DNA from: Candidatus Komeilibacteria bacterium
Lineage (GTDB): Bacteria; Patescibacteriota; Patescibacteriia; UBA1558; 2-01-FULL-52-15
Direction: 5' to 3'
NCBI GenBank assembly: GCA_043801745.1
Contig: JAZDLR010000016.1
Span: forward strand, 1,535-65,534
DNA: 64,000 nt
Positions within the stretch are counted from its first letter, which is position 1, and each line of letters starts with the position of its first letter. The notes under the pieces were generated by a model. The model was not told the DNA's origin and did not search any database. It saw only the letters and a list, made by a program, of their open reading frames with translations. Positions 19,292-29,501 of the stretch are shown in pieces. The translations under genes were made by a program, and so were the position numbers.

Positions 19292-20530
19292 CTACTCATA
19301 CCGCAGCGCCTCAATCGGATTCTTGATGGCAGCTTGACGCGCCGGATATAAGCCGAAAACTAAACCGACAATAGATGATACGGCTAAACCCAAGATTGCG
19401 GCTGAAACCGGGAAAGTAAAGGACCAGGCAAAGCCGGCGTATTTGGCAATAATTACGATTATCAAATAGGAAAAAACCGTGCCTAAAATTATTCCTATCA
19501 AACCGCCCAGACCGGTCAGTGCGACCGATTCTAATAAAAATTGAGTAAGAATATCACCTTGGGTGGCTCCCACAGCTTTACGTAAACCGATTTCCCTAGT
19601 CCTCTCCTTAACCGATACCAACATAATATTCATAATGCCGATGCCACCGACTAAGAGCGAGATGGCGGCTACCGCGGCAAGAAGCATAGTTAAAACATCA
19701 GTCACGGTTTTTACCATGGCCATGGTGTCAGCCTGGGTTTCAATATAAAAATCGTCTTTGCCCGGATCAGTAATACCATGATTAATTCTGATAGTTGACT
19801 TTAGATCCTGCACTGTGGCGGCCACACGCTCTTCGCTGTCAGCCTGAACGATAATATGCTGAAAATGTTTGAAGCCAAAGATATAGCGCTGGGCCGTGGT
19901 ATAGGGCATTACTACTGCGCTATCAAAATTTACGAATGATGATTGCCCTTTGGCTGCCATCACACCAATAACGCGCAGATTACGGCCCCTGATCCTGATT
20001 CTCTGTCCAATTGGATCAGAATTGGCAAATAACTCATCTCTCATCTTACTGCCGATAATCGCCACATCGGCATAGCCCTTAACGTCTTCCTCTGTAAAGT
20101 AGTTACCTTGGGACAGCTGAATATCATAAATATCCGAAAATAATGGATTAGCTCCGTAAATTGTCGGCCGGTAAATCTCATTGCCATAAGACGCAGTCTG
20201 CACGCCAAAAACCAAGGGCATTACCTTGGCTAAATAGGGTACGTTGGCCTTATTTAAAATGGCGGCTAAATCCCGCTCCTTAAGTGAATCACTAAACATG
20301 GATAAGGCATCCGAGGCGCTTTTCGGTTGTTTACCCGGAGCAATGGTAATAGTCTTGGCGCCAACACTGGATATTTCTCCGATAATCAAATTCTGCGCTC
20401 CCTGGCCCAGTGACACAATGATCATAATCGACATAATACCGATTACGATACCCAAAATCGTCAAAGCTGCCCGACTCTTGTTTGTCCGCAGACCAACAAC
20501 TGAGGTCTGTAAATTATGTCTGAGCTTCAC
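19292..20530 (-). CDS. MacB/FtsX-type ABC permease, copy 1
   Basis: Same motifs; paralog of the adjacent gene, both 412 aa. Confidence 0.93.
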   Translation of the reverse strand: MKLRHNLQTSVVGLRTNKSRAALTILGIVIGIMSIMIIVSLGQGAQNLIIGEISSVGAKTITIAPGKQPKSASDALSMFSDSLKERDLAAILNKANVPYLAKVMPLVFGVQTASYGNEIYRPTIYGANPLFSDIYDIQLSQGNYFTEEDVKGYADVAIIGSKMRDELFANSDPIGQRIRIRGRNLRVIGVMAAKGQSSFVNFDSAVVMPYTTAQRYIFGFKHFQHIIVQADSEERVAATVQDLKSTIRINHGITDPGKDDFYIETQADTMAMVKTVTDVLTMLLAAVAAISLLVGGIGIMNIMLVSVKERTREIGLRKAVGATQGDILTQFLLESVALTGLGGLIGIILGTVFSYLIIVIIAKYAGFAWSFTFPVSAAILGLAVSSIVGLVFGLYPARQAAIKNPIEALRYE

Positions 20531-20532
20531 GG

Positions 20533-21252
20533 CTATTTTTTAAATTCTACTGCTGCCTCACGCCGCTGCCTAACTTCTTTATCGCTGACAATTTCGCCAT
20601 CTTTAAGGGCAATAATTCTACCGGCCATTTCTGCCGTATAGGTTTCGTGTGTGATTAAAACAATAGTATGACCCTCTTTCTCATTCAAACGCTGTAAAAT
20701 CTCCATCACTTGCTGGCCCGATTTGGAATCTAGGTTGCCAGTTGGTTCGTCAGCGAAAATCACAGCCGGGTTAGTCACTAGGGCGCGGGCAATAGCTACT
20801 CGTTGCTTTTCACCACCAGACAACTGTGAAGAAAAGTGGTTTGAACGATGCGACAGACCGACAGATTCAATAGCCTTCTTGGTTAGGTCGTCCCATTCTG
20901 ATTCCTTGATTTTAGAATACATCAGCGGTAATTTAACGTTATTGTAAACTGTGGTCTTGGGTAACAAATTAAAAGCCTGAAACACGAAGCCCATTTGCTC
21001 ATTGCGAACAGCCGCCTGTTCATCAGGAGAATATTCCGACTGGAGCTTACCATTAAAGCGGTACTGACCATCAGTAGTATCATCCAGAAAACCCAAAATA
21101 TGCAGCAAGGTTGATTTGCCGGAACCGGACGGCCCGATAATAGCCACAAACTCGCCCTTATCAATAGAAAAAGTAATACCTTTCAAGACTTCCGTCGTCA
21201 CGCCCTCATTAGCGAAAATCTTGGTAACGTTACTTAAGCTGATTAGAGACAT
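20533..21252 (-). CDS. ABC ATP-binding protein (LolD/MacB-like)
   Basis: [32 protein letters not shown]. Confidence 0.95.
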   Translation of the reverse strand: MSLISLSNVTKIFANEGVTTEVLKGITFSIDKGEFVAIIGPSGSGKSTLLHILGFLDDTTDGQYRFNGKLQSEYSPDEQAAVRNEQMGFVFQAFNLLPKTTVYNNVKLPLMYSKIKESEWDDLTKKAIESVGLSHRSNHFSSQLSGGEKQRVAIARALVTNPAVIFADEPTGNLDSKSGQQVMEILQRLNEKEGHTIVLITHETYTAEMAGRIIALKDGEIVSDKEVRQRREAAVEFKK

Positions 21253-21255
21253 AAA

Positions 21256-22899
21256 TTATTGAGTAGAAATATCTACCCGATCACCTTCATTAAGGCCGGA
21301 CATTATTTCAATGCGCCCATCTGAAGCCGTCATACCGGTAGTAATTTTCACTTCGGTAATAGTCGGCGACTTCTCATTGCCGGTTAAGACGCGCCCGAAC
21401 TTTTCTCCATCTTTGGCAATAACCGCTCTTTGGGGCACAGCCAATACTTGAGTCCGGCTGTCCGTGGCAATATCTAAATTAGCCGTCATGCCGGAACGTA
21501 TCCGGTCATCAGCCTGATCAAACTCCAAAGTGACTTTATACGTGGATACTCCGTCGATCATCGTTTCCGCCGGATCAATGGCAACTACCTTGGCAGTAAA
21601 AGTTACGTCGCCACCGTAAGCGTCTAAGGTTAAACTGGCCGGGTCAGCTATTTTTATCTTAGCAATATCCGCCTCCGGGATATTGGCCTCAATCTGATAT
21701 TGTTTATCACTGATCAACGACACCAAAGAGGTGTTAGGAGAAGTAACTTGACCGACCTTAGCGTCCTGTTTAGTAATTAAACCGGCAAAGGGCGCGCGGA
21801 TAATATTCTTGGCCAATTGTGCCTGATAATTTTGAACAATCGCTACCTGTTGCGCCACCATGGCATTTTGCGAATCCAGAGAAGCTTGCGCCTGACGCAC
21901 CACCGCTTCCTGACTAGCCAATTGTTCAGCCGTTGGCCCCGCCTGTTTCAAAGTCAGTTCATTGCGCCGTTGCTGGACGGTAGCTTGCTGGGCGGAAATA
22001 TATTGTTCAGCCGTGGCCACATTGGTATTGGCAGTATTAACATTAGTAATGGCGGTAGCCACATTAGTACGGTAAGTATCTAGATTGCTATCGGCCAAGG
22101 TACAGGAAGTAGTCAATACCTGATTTAAAACCAATAAAAAACTGGTAATCTTACTAAGATGATTTTGCGTCAAGTTAATTTCTTGATCATAGGCAGACTG
22201 ATCAACTGTCAGACTTAAAGATTGCAGTTCTTTCTGCCAAGCCTGTAACTCCAGCTCGCTATCATAGCGTCCACTGGTAGCATTATAAGACGTCTGGGCA
22301 TCGCAAGTAGCAAAAGTAAAAGAATAACTTTGTGAGCTGGCGGAAAAAATCGCTGCCGTTTTTGCCCGCACCGCATCATTGGCTTTGGAATAAGCGTCAT
22401 TAAGGGTATTTCTGACTGATAAATAATAATTAACCAAATCCTGTTCCGCTTTAGCCAGAGCCGCTTGCGAAACTGCTACGTCTTCTGAGCGGGCTCCCAG
22501 CTTCAATTCTTCTAACTTGGCCTGCTGATTAGCTAAAGCCGCACGATACTGCGATAATTGAGCTTGTGAGCTCTGCACACCAGCTTCAGCTTGCCGTAAC
22601 TGAGCCGCCACATCAGCGCTATCTAAAGCAACTAGTGTCTGACCAACTTGTACATGATCGCCCACCTTAACATAGGCGCCTGCCACCCGGCCGCTGCGCT
22701 CCAGAGCCAGCTCAACTTCTCGCGCCGGCTTGACTGAACCAGTAACAGAAACCTCCTGGCGTAAATCAGCTTTCTGGACCAGCACATATTCATAATTTTT
22801 TTTCGGTGAACCAGAAGTCAGAATTATTACCACTACCACCACAACAGCCAAAATAATACTGCCGATAATCCAACGCTTTTTTGTCATTCTAATAGCCAT
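21256..22899 (-). CDS. Efflux periplasmic adaptor (MacA-like)
   Basis: TM anchor, lipoyl halves (VKVGDHV.VGQ.L; IRAPFAG), long coiled coil, RSGMTA. Confidence 0.9.
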   Translation of the reverse strand: MAIRMTKKRWIIGSIILAVVVVVVIILTSGSPKKNYEYVLVQKADLRQEVSVTGSVKPAREVELALERSGRVAGAYVKVGDHVQVGQTLVALDSADVAAQLRQAEAGVQSSQAQLSQYRAALANQQAKLEELKLGARSEDVAVSQAALAKAEQDLVNYYLSVRNTLNDAYSKANDAVRAKTAAIFSASSQSYSFTFATCDAQTSYNATSGRYDSELELQAWQKELQSLSLTVDQSAYDQEINLTQNHLSKITSFLLVLNQVLTTSCTLADSNLDTYRTNVATAITNVNTANTNVATAEQYISAQQATVQQRRNELTLKQAGPTAEQLASQEAVVRQAQASLDSQNAMVAQQVAIVQNYQAQLAKNIIRAPFAGLITKQDAKVGQVTSPNTSLVSLISDKQYQIEANIPEADIAKIKIADPASLTLDAYGGDVTFTAKVVAIDPAETMIDGVSTYKVTLEFDQADDRIRSGMTANLDIATDSRTQVLAVPQRAVIAKDGEKFGRVLTGNEKSPTITEVKITTGMTASDGRIEIMSGLNEGDRVDISTQ

Positions 22900-22901
22900 A
22901 A

Positions 22902-23324
22902 TTATATCCTCTCCCGAGTTAATTTAGTTAAAATCTTTATAAAGGTTAATCGCTCTTGATGATCCAGCCTGCCTAAAACGACGCGCAACTGCTGCTCCAG
23001 GCCTGCCATAGCCAGTTGTGTGGCCTCGCGGCCTTTGGAGGTTAAACGCAGAGCCACAGCCCTCTTATCAATTTTATCAGGTATGCGCTGCAGATGCCCA
23101 GAGTGCAATAAGCCCTTGATTAAGGATGTAGCTGAAGGTCTGGTAATGTGCAACTCTCCAGCTATGGCCGTCATAGAAGGGGTTTTTAGTTCAGATATCA
23201 AATGTAGCGTGCCTAATTGTAACATTGATAGGCCATGAGGCGTAAATTGGGGATGAAAACGCTCCCGTAGCTTACGGCTGGCGGAAAAAACCAAAGAAAT
23301 CAATTTATCCAGATTATCGGCCAT
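22902..23324 (-). CDS. MarR-family regulator
   Basis: wHTH with TRPSATSLI and DKRAVALRLTSKG. Confidence 0.9.
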   Translation of the reverse strand: MADNLDKLISLVFSASRKLRERFHPQFTPHGLSMLQLGTLHLISELKTPSMTAIAGELHITRPSATSLIKGLLHSGHLQRIPDKIDKRAVALRLTSKGREATQLAMAGLEQQLRVVLGRLDHQERLTFIKILTKLTRERI

Positions 23325-23355
23325 AATTATTGTCTAACATTGACAAGGTTATTCA

Positions 23356-23443
23356 CCCGCCTACGCCCCTTCGGCCAGTGGCCGAGGGCTTCGGCGGGTT
23401 CGCCGCATCTTCATCCTCTCATGAGGGATTCGGTGCAGGCGAA
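23356..23443. repeat. Two GC-rich palindromic insertions in the marR leader
   Basis: cccgcc..cttcggccagtggccgagg..ggcggg and ttcgcc..atcctctcatgagggat..ggcgaa. Confidence 0.6.
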
Positions 23444-23449
23444 AACTAG

Positions 23450-23490
23450 TTAGATGTTCTAAGTATATTACGGCTATTCGTGGTTGTCAA
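23450..23490 (-). promoter_or_regulatory. sigma70 promoter with putative MarR operator
   Basis: TTGACA(23490-85)-17-TATACT; palindrome ttaga-tgt-tctaa at 23450-23462 over the predicted TSS. Confidence 0.6.
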
Positions 23491-23551
23491 CCCCGCTAGA
23501 AACTAAGTCCTAACGGGGTCAATTCGCTCAATTTCAAACAAATACCCCGCC

Positions 23552-23635
23552 ATGATCGCCGCAGCTGCTATGTCCTTCTCCAGTATTTCGGTGGTGCTAA
23601 ATAGCGTGCGGCTGGCGAGGAAGAAGTTACTGTAA
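23552..23635 (+). pseudogene. C-terminal remnant of a P1B heavy-metal (CopA-like) ATPase
   Basis: MIAAAAMSFSSISVVLNSVRLARKKLL* matches the last TM helix consensus MxxSSxSVVxNSLRL. Confidence 0.8.
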
Positions 23636-23649
23636 ATATTATTTGAATA

Positions 23650-23738
23650 CCTCACCTGTCCTCTCCTTAAAAAGGAGAGGAACGAAATTTAGGAGTACAT
23701 CCTCCCTCTCCTTTTCTAAGGAGAGGGTTGGGGTGAGG
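23650..23738. repeat. REP-like inverted doublet
   Basis: cctcacc..cctctcctt-aaa-aaggagagg ... ccctctccttttctaaggagagggttggggtgagg. Confidence 0.75.
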
Positions 23739-23824
23739 TTGTTAGTCTAAAGACAACCATCTAAAACTACTGGTCAATATCACCCGAATTGTAAAGCAAT
23801 AGTCGGCGAACGATCTTGTTACTT

Positions 23825-24763
23825 TTACTTTTTCCTTTCCCTTCCTTTAATATACCTTTCCAGGGCATCTTTTGAACTTAGCCAATTTCTACCTTCTTTA
23901 TAGGCCTCTATTTTACCTTGCCTAACTAATAGATTTAAATATTTAGCCGAATAAGGTGTGCCTTTGGCTAACTCGGTTAAAGAGATTAACTTTCCCGCGC
24001 CTTTCTTGGGCCCTAGTGTCTTTAGGTAGATATCAAAAGACCTCTCTATTGTTTGGGCAATAAAATTAACTAGCGGAACGTAATCACCGCCGTCGGCCTT
24101 GGCTAGGACGTTATAATATTTTTTCCTGTCATTCTTTAAAATGATTGTCAGCGGATAACCGGCTCTCATTAAGATCAGATTCATCACCAATCTGGCTGTC
24201 CGGCCATTGCCGTCAAAAAATGGATGAATACTTACTAATTTATGATGAAGCAGGGCGGCTAATTCAATGGCTGATATCTTCTTACTGTTTTGCTTCAACC
24301 AAACTATTAGGCCATTCATTAATTGAGGTACTTGAAAGGCCTCGGGCGGCGTATGCTTGGCGCCCATAATAAAAACATTGGCGGTTCTGTACTTTCCGGC
24401 TTGGTCTTTTTCCGTTTCTTGAACAACTATTTGATGAATGGAGCGGATTAAACCTTCGGAAACAGTATTCCGTTTGTCCTTATCAACTAAATCATAGAGG
24501 TATTCCAGGGCCGCATATTGATCTTTGGTTTCCAGATGATCCTTTAGGGGCTTGCCTTTAACAGTGATACCCTCATTAATAACTAAAAAGGTTTCTTTTA
24601 GGGTTAAACTATTACCCTCAATAGCGTTGGAGTTATAGGTCATTTCCAACCTAAACTTTTCCTGCAGTTTTTTCACAGCAGAGGCGCGTAATGGACGAAG
24701 TTTATTTAGTTCCTTCCTTTTAGCTTCCAAACGCGAGGCAATAATTTTATTCAAGTATTTCAT
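23825..24763 (-). CDS. Fic-family protein (class II) with C-terminal HTH
   Basis: HPFFDGNGRTAR catalytic motif; SNAIEGN inhibitory motif. Confidence 0.93.
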   Translation of the reverse strand: MKYLNKIIASRLEAKRKELNKLRPLRASAVKKLQEKFRLEMTYNSNAIEGNSLTLKETFLVINEGITVKGKPLKDHLETKDQYAALEYLYDLVDKDKRNTVSEGLIRSIHQIVVQETEKDQAGKYRTANVFIMGAKHTPPEAFQVPQLMNGLIVWLKQNSKKISAIELAALLHHKLVSIHPFFDGNGRTARLVMNLILMRAGYPLTIILKNDRKKYYNVLAKADGGDYVPLVNFIAQTIERSFDIYLKTLGPKKGAGKLISLTELAKGTPYSAKYLNLLVRQGKIEAYKEGRNWLSSKDALERYIKGRERKK

Positions 24764-24832
24764 AGATAATAACTTAATATGGTATAGGTGGCTTTTTAGA
24801 GTATACCATATTAGGGGAAAAAGTAAAGTTAG

Positions 24833-24877
24833 CTACCTAGCAATAAAATCCGTATAAATCGCCGCCAGTAGTGCCAA
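24833..24877 (-). pseudogene. Displaced 3' end of a homolog of the gene at 25704-26096
   Basis: Encodes LALLAAIYTDFIAR* versus LALLVAVYTDFLVR* at 25704-25748. Confidence 0.8.
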
Positions 24878-24903
24878 CACCTCCAATCCCTCTCCCTGAT
24901 CAT

Positions 24904-25659
24904 TCATTTTATCGCCTCGATTTTCAAGCTCTCCAGAGCAATTCCCTGATATTGTCTTTTGCTGATAGCTTTATCTTCTGATAAAATTTTTACTTTAAAT
25001 CCCGCGTCCTTAATGATATTTAGATAATCATCTCTTAATAAAGCGCCACCGACACAGCCGGCGATTAATTCTTCGTTGCCTTTCTGTTCGGCTGACAAAT
25101 TATCTAATAATACAATATCTGAATTATACATTTTACCGCCCCGTTTAAGCACCCGGAAGGCCTCTTGGAAAACCAGCGATTTATCCGGAGCCAGATTAAT
25201 AACACAATTGCTTATAATCACATCAATGGAATCGTTTTCGACAGGTAACTTTTCTATATCTCCCAGTCTGAACTCAACATTACTATAGTTAAACTTTTTG
25301 GCATTTTCTGTGGCTTTGGTAATCATTTCTTGAGTCATATCTACTCCGATTACCCGACCAGAGCTTCCCACTTTTTTCGCGGCCAGAAAACAATCAAAGC
25401 CCGCGCCCGAACCCAAATCTAAAACAACATCGCCTTCTTTGATATTGGCCATTCCGGTCGGATTGCCGCAACCAAGGCCAAGATTGGCTTCAGAAACAGT
25501 TCCGATCTCCTGATCGGAATAGCCGATACTTTTCGCGATTAACTCATTAGTGGTATTTCCGCCACAGCCACAACTATTACCACAACAACCGGCGCTATTC
25601 TTGATGGCAATTTCACTGTAATGCTTTTTAACAATTTGCTTAACCTTGTCTTTCTTCAT
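24904..25659 (-). CDS. arsM: Arsenite S-adenosylmethyltransferase
   Basis: [40 protein letters not shown]. Confidence 0.9.
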   Translation of the reverse strand: MKKDKVKQIVKKHYSEIAIKNSAGCCGNSCGCGGNTTNELIAKSIGYSDQEIGTVSEANLGLGCGNPTGMANIKEGDVVLDLGSGAGFDCFLAAKKVGSSGRVIGVDMTQEMITKATENAKKFNYSNVEFRLGDIEKLPVENDSIDVIISNCVINLAPDKSLVFQEAFRVLKRGGKMYNSDIVLLDNLSAEQKGNEELIAGCVGGALLRDDYLNIIKDAGFKVKILSEDKAISKRQYQGIALESLKIEAIK

Positions 25660-25703
25660 TTTTTTAGTATAAAAGTGTTAAAATTATTGTCCATTAGAAG
25701 TCA

Positions 25704-26096
25704 TTATCTAACCAAAAAATCCGTATAAACCGCCACCAGTAACGCCAGGCCCGAAACCACGAAGATCACAATATAATTCCATTTTTCTTTGGATGATTCC
25801 AGACTATGTAAGACATATTGCAGACCTTCGCGCTCCCGCGCTGATAATCCCGGAGTATGGTCAACGGTTTCTATCAGCCGCTGATCGGCAATTACTTTGG
25901 CGCGGCGTTCGGAAATCTGGAAACGATGGGCGAAATAAATAATAAAGCCGATGGTGCCGATATACCAGGCAATATTAACCCAAATAGGATCAAACTTGCC
26001 CAAAAAATTTATTATACGATAAGCAATAGTAGCGATTATTCCTGCTAAGAAATAAAACCAGCGGAGGGCACTATTACTAAGTTTTGGTTGCGACAT
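25704..26096 (-). CDS. Small membrane hypothetical protein
   Basis: 3 TM segments. Confidence 0.75.
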   Translation of the reverse strand: MSQPKLSNSALRWFYFLAGIIATIAYRIINFLGKFDPIWVNIAWYIGTIGFIIYFAHRFQISERRAKVIADQRLIETVDHTPGLSAREREGLQYVLHSLESSKEKWNYIVIFVVSGLALLVAVYTDFLVR

Positions 26097-26099
26097 AAA

Positions 26100-27146
26100 T
26101 TAACGGATTGTAGTTAATAATTCATCCAGCTTGGATAATAGCAGCTGATTGCTAAAAGTTAATGTCTTAACTACTTGCGTAAAACGGGACAGCTGTGAGT
26201 GCCAACTATTAAAAACGTCGGCGGTTAATTCTTTGGTCATTAGTCCCAAGCCCAAGGCCTCTATCATACGGGCATTAAGAATCTGTTCGTACTGCATCTT
26301 TATCGGCATTGAGAGTATGGGCTTGCCCAAATATAAACTTTCTGACATCAAAGTAAAACCGCCATTAATAACCACGCCGCGCGCTCCGGCCAAATCATTA
26401 ACCACGCCACTGGGGCTAAATTCTTTAAATTGAAAGCGCGGTCCAAAATCCCGCCGCGCTGCATTGTAAATAATGAACTTCTCTCCGGTCTGATATAAGA
26501 CCTCGCCAAATTGATCAAAACAATCAGCTGTCAGATAACAGAAAAAATAATCTCCCGCCTGAGGTTGTGCCGCGTTAACTTCCGGCCGTATTAGTGGTGG
26601 GAATAACCAACTTTTACCTTCCCGGCTCTTCTTCAGAGGTGGGAAAAAGAAGGTCGTGATTAGTGAATAGTCGCGGTTCGGCGCCACTGATTCAGTATAA
26701 ACCTTAGTCACGACATAATCCGGATAATCCTGGCGCTTAATCGGCAATTTAGTGTCAGAAATAATATGCTGGTTATCGATACAGATCAAAGGCAAATCAT
26801 AAAATGACGCCAACACACTGGCTGATGGCTCAAAATCAGTAATAATAACGGTCGGCCGAAATGATTTGACCACCTCACCCAGAGCGCGCAAATCTTGAGG
26901 TAAACTTTTAACTTTAGCTAAATTCTTGGTTATAGTCCGGCTCTTCTTAACCCGCGTGCCGCTGTATTCCAATTTTAAACCATTAACTTCCAAATGCTGA
27001 GGATATCGCTGCGCTAAGTATTTATAAGCCTTACCGCTGGAAACTATGAAAACATCGTGTCCGCACGCCAGTAAATGATCGATAACCACCGAGCTACGGA
27101 AAGCGTGACCATTGCCGTCGCCACAAATAGTATAGAGAATCTTCAT
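26100..27146 (-). CDS. GT-B glycosyltransferase (MJ1255/GT28-like)
   Basis: GDGNGHAFRS, ITDFEP, IDNQH, NGGFTLMSESLYLGKP, QYEQILNA. Confidence 0.85.
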   Translation of the reverse strand: MKILYTICGDGNGHAFRSSVVIDHLLACGHDVFIVSSGKAYKYLAQRYPQHLEVNGLKLEYSGTRVKKSRTITKNLAKVKSLPQDLRALGEVVKSFRPTVIITDFEPSASVLASFYDLPLICIDNQHIISDTKLPIKRQDYPDYVVTKVYTESVAPNRDYSLITTFFFPPLKKSREGKSWLFPPLIRPEVNAAQPQAGDYFFCYLTADCFDQFGEVLYQTGEKFIIYNAARRDFGPRFQFKEFSPSGVVNDLAGARGVVINGGFTLMSESLYLGKPILSMPIKMQYEQILNARMIEALGLGLMTKELTADVFNSWHSQLSRFTQVVKTLTFSNQLLLSKLDELLTTIR

Positions 27147-27281
27147 CTTAGCTATTATACCTAAAGGCCAGAAAAAAAACTGCCCCACTGTCAACCCTAT
27201 TAGAAAATAGTTTTCTTACTGGATAAGACTCACAATATACAAACGGGTCATAATCTAGTATAATAATAGACATATTATTGT

Positions 27282-28145
27282 ATGTCTCTGATCACTAAAG
27301 CTGTTATCCCCGTTGCTGGATTCGGAACCCGTTTTTTACCAGCCACCAAAGCGCAACCGAAAGAGATGTTGCCCTTGGTTGATAAGCCAATTATTCAATA
27401 TATTGTGGAAGAAGCGGTGGCTTCGGGTATAAAAGAAATAATTTTTGTCACCAACCAGAATAAGCGGGCCATTGAAGATCATTTTGACCGTAATTTTGAG
27501 CTGGAATATAGGCTGCGGCAGGGCAATAAAAAAACCCTGCTCAAATCTATCTCCAACATGTTCAAAATGGCACAATTTGTTTATGTGCGGCAACCGACGC
27601 CACGGGGACTGGCCGATGCTATAGCTCAGGCACAACATTTGGTGGGCGACGACCCCTTTGCCGTGTTCTTGGCCGACGACATTATTGACGGGCCAATACC
27701 GGCTATGAAGCAAATGATAAAAGTTTTTGAGACCTATCATAAGCCCGTCATTGGCGTTACCCGCGTGCCGCGTTCACAAGTATCGCGCTATGGTATTATT
27801 GACGGCCAGTTATTAAAAACCGGCGTCTACCAAGTCAAAACAATAGTCGAAAAACCCACAGTTCAACAAGCGCCCTCCAACCTGGCTGTCAGCCGCGGTT
27901 ACATTTTTACGCCCGAAGTTTTCCGTTACATCCGCCAAACTAAAACTAAAGCCGGAGAAGAAATTTACCTGACTAACGCCTTAAATCAGCTGGCCAAACG
28001 GAATAATTTACTGGCCTGCGCTTATCAAGGACAATACTATGATTGCGGTAATAAATTAGATTATGTCAAAGCTATGGTGGCTTATGGCCTCAAACATCCG
28101 GAGATCAAAAAACCGCTGAAAACCTGGTTAAAACAACACAAATAA
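27282..28145 (+). CDS. galU: UTP-glucose-1-phosphate uridylyltransferase
   Basis: KAVIPVAGFGTRFLPATKAQPKEMLP. Confidence 0.95.
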   Translation: MSLITKAVIPVAGFGTRFLPATKAQPKEMLPLVDKPIIQYIVEEAVASGIKEIIFVTNQNKRAIEDHFDRNFELEYRLRQGNKKTLLKSISNMFKMAQFVYVRQPTPRGLADAIAQAQHLVGDDPFAVFLADDIIDGPIPAMKQMIKVFETYHKPVIGVTRVPRSQVSRYGIIDGQLLKTGVYQVKTIVEKPTVQQAPSNLAVSRGYIFTPEVFRYIRQTKTKAGEEIYLTNALNQLAKRNNLLACAYQGQYYDCGNKLDYVKAMVAYGLKHPEIKKPLKTWLKQHK

Positions 28146-28146
28146 T

Positions 28147-29499
28147 ATGTTCAAAAATAAATTTCTCATCATTGGCTTAATACTAATTGTTGTTCTGGGA
28201 ATTGCCATTGCCACCATCACCAGCTTACAAAATAGGGTCAAGATCGCTTCTATTCAACCGGTAACTCTGGAGTATTGGGGCGTCTGGGAACAGCCGGAAG
28301 ACATCTCGCTGCTAACCCAGGCCTATCACCAGCGCCACCCCTTAATTACCATTAATTACCGCACCTTTACACCCGCTGAATATGCCAGTGAGTTGATTAA
28401 GGCTTGGGCTCAAGATAAGGGCCCGGATATTTTCATGGTTCCCAATACTTGGATTAGAGAATACAAAAAATACTCTCAGCCAATGCCCGCCACTATGTCA
28501 GTGCCGGTACAGTACGTTCAGGGAACCTTAAAAAAAGAAACCATAACCCGTTTACAAAATTATGCCGGTTATAACCCAAAAAATATTAAGGATTTATTTT
28601 TGGACGTAGTTTACCACGATGTGGTTGATAATAATGCTATCTATGGTCTACCCTACAGCGTTGATACCATGGCTCTTTTCTATAACCGCAGCCTACTACA
28701 AGCTAATGGCCTAGCCGAACCGGCCAAAACCTGGCAGGAGATTGTTCAACAGGCCGGTAAAATTTCCAAGCTTAATGCCGATAATACCTTTGCCCAGTCA
28801 ACTATCGCTTTGGGCGGAACAACCAATATACCCAATGCTTTTGACATTATTTCTCTGCTAATGAGTCAGGTGGGAGTAACTATGGGCAACGATACTAGCG
28901 TTTCTTTTGCTGAAGATAAAAAATCTTTGTCGGCTCTGGAATTCTATAGCAGTTTTGCCCGGCCCAATACCACAGTCTATTCCTGGAATAAAGACCAGGC
29001 CAGCGCCTTAGATGTTTTTACTTCCGGGCGGCTAGCGTATTTTCTGGGCTATACCTTTCACGCTCCGCTGATCAAGCGTACCAATCCTAACCTGGATTGG
29101 GACGTTGTACCGGTGCCACAGGCCGAAGGCGCTACCAGTCAAATTACTTACGCCAACTACTGGGTCAATGCTGTGGCCAAAAAATCTAAGCATGCCGGTT
29201 TTGCCTGGCAGGCGGTGTACGAGATGACTCAGGCTGATAATGTTAAGTCATTCTTAAGCCGCACCGGTAGAACTACCGCGCTCCGCAGCTTGGTCAGCGA
29301 ACAACAGAAAGATCCGGTCATTGGACCCTTTGCCCAAAACCTTTTGACAGCCCAGAGCTGGTATCGAGGCTATAATTTCCCCTTAGCTCAAGAATACTTT
29401 TTTGCTATGATTAATACCATTGTTACTGGCGGCAATCCGACGCAAGCCCTGCAGGCGGCAGAAACCAAAATTCAACAAACCTATCAAGCACCAAAATAA
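28147..29499 (+). CDS. Extracellular (sugar) solute-binding protein
   Basis: GPDIF, IYGLPYSVDTMALFYN, FTSGRLA. Confidence 0.85.
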   Translation: MFKNKFLIIGLILIVVLGIAIATITSLQNRVKIASIQPVTLEYWGVWEQPEDISLLTQAYHQRHPLITINYRTFTPAEYASELIKAWAQDKGPDIFMVPNTWIREYKKYSQPMPATMSVPVQYVQGTLKKETITRLQNYAGYNPKNIKDLFLDVVYHDVVDNNAIYGLPYSVDTMALFYNRSLLQANGLAEPAKTWQEIVQQAGKISKLNADNTFAQSTIALGGTTNIPNAFDIISLLMSQVGVTMGNDTSVSFAEDKKSLSALEFYSSFARPNTTVYSWNKDQASALDVFTSGRLAYFLGYTFHAPLIKRTNPNLDWDVVPVPQAEGATSQITYANYWVNAVAKKSKHAGFAWQAVYEMTQADNVKSFLSRTGRTTALRSLVSEQQKDPVIGPFAQNLLTAQSWYRGYNFPLAQEYFFAMINTIVTGGNPTQALQAAETKIQQTYQAPK

Positions 29500-29501
29500 C
29501 C

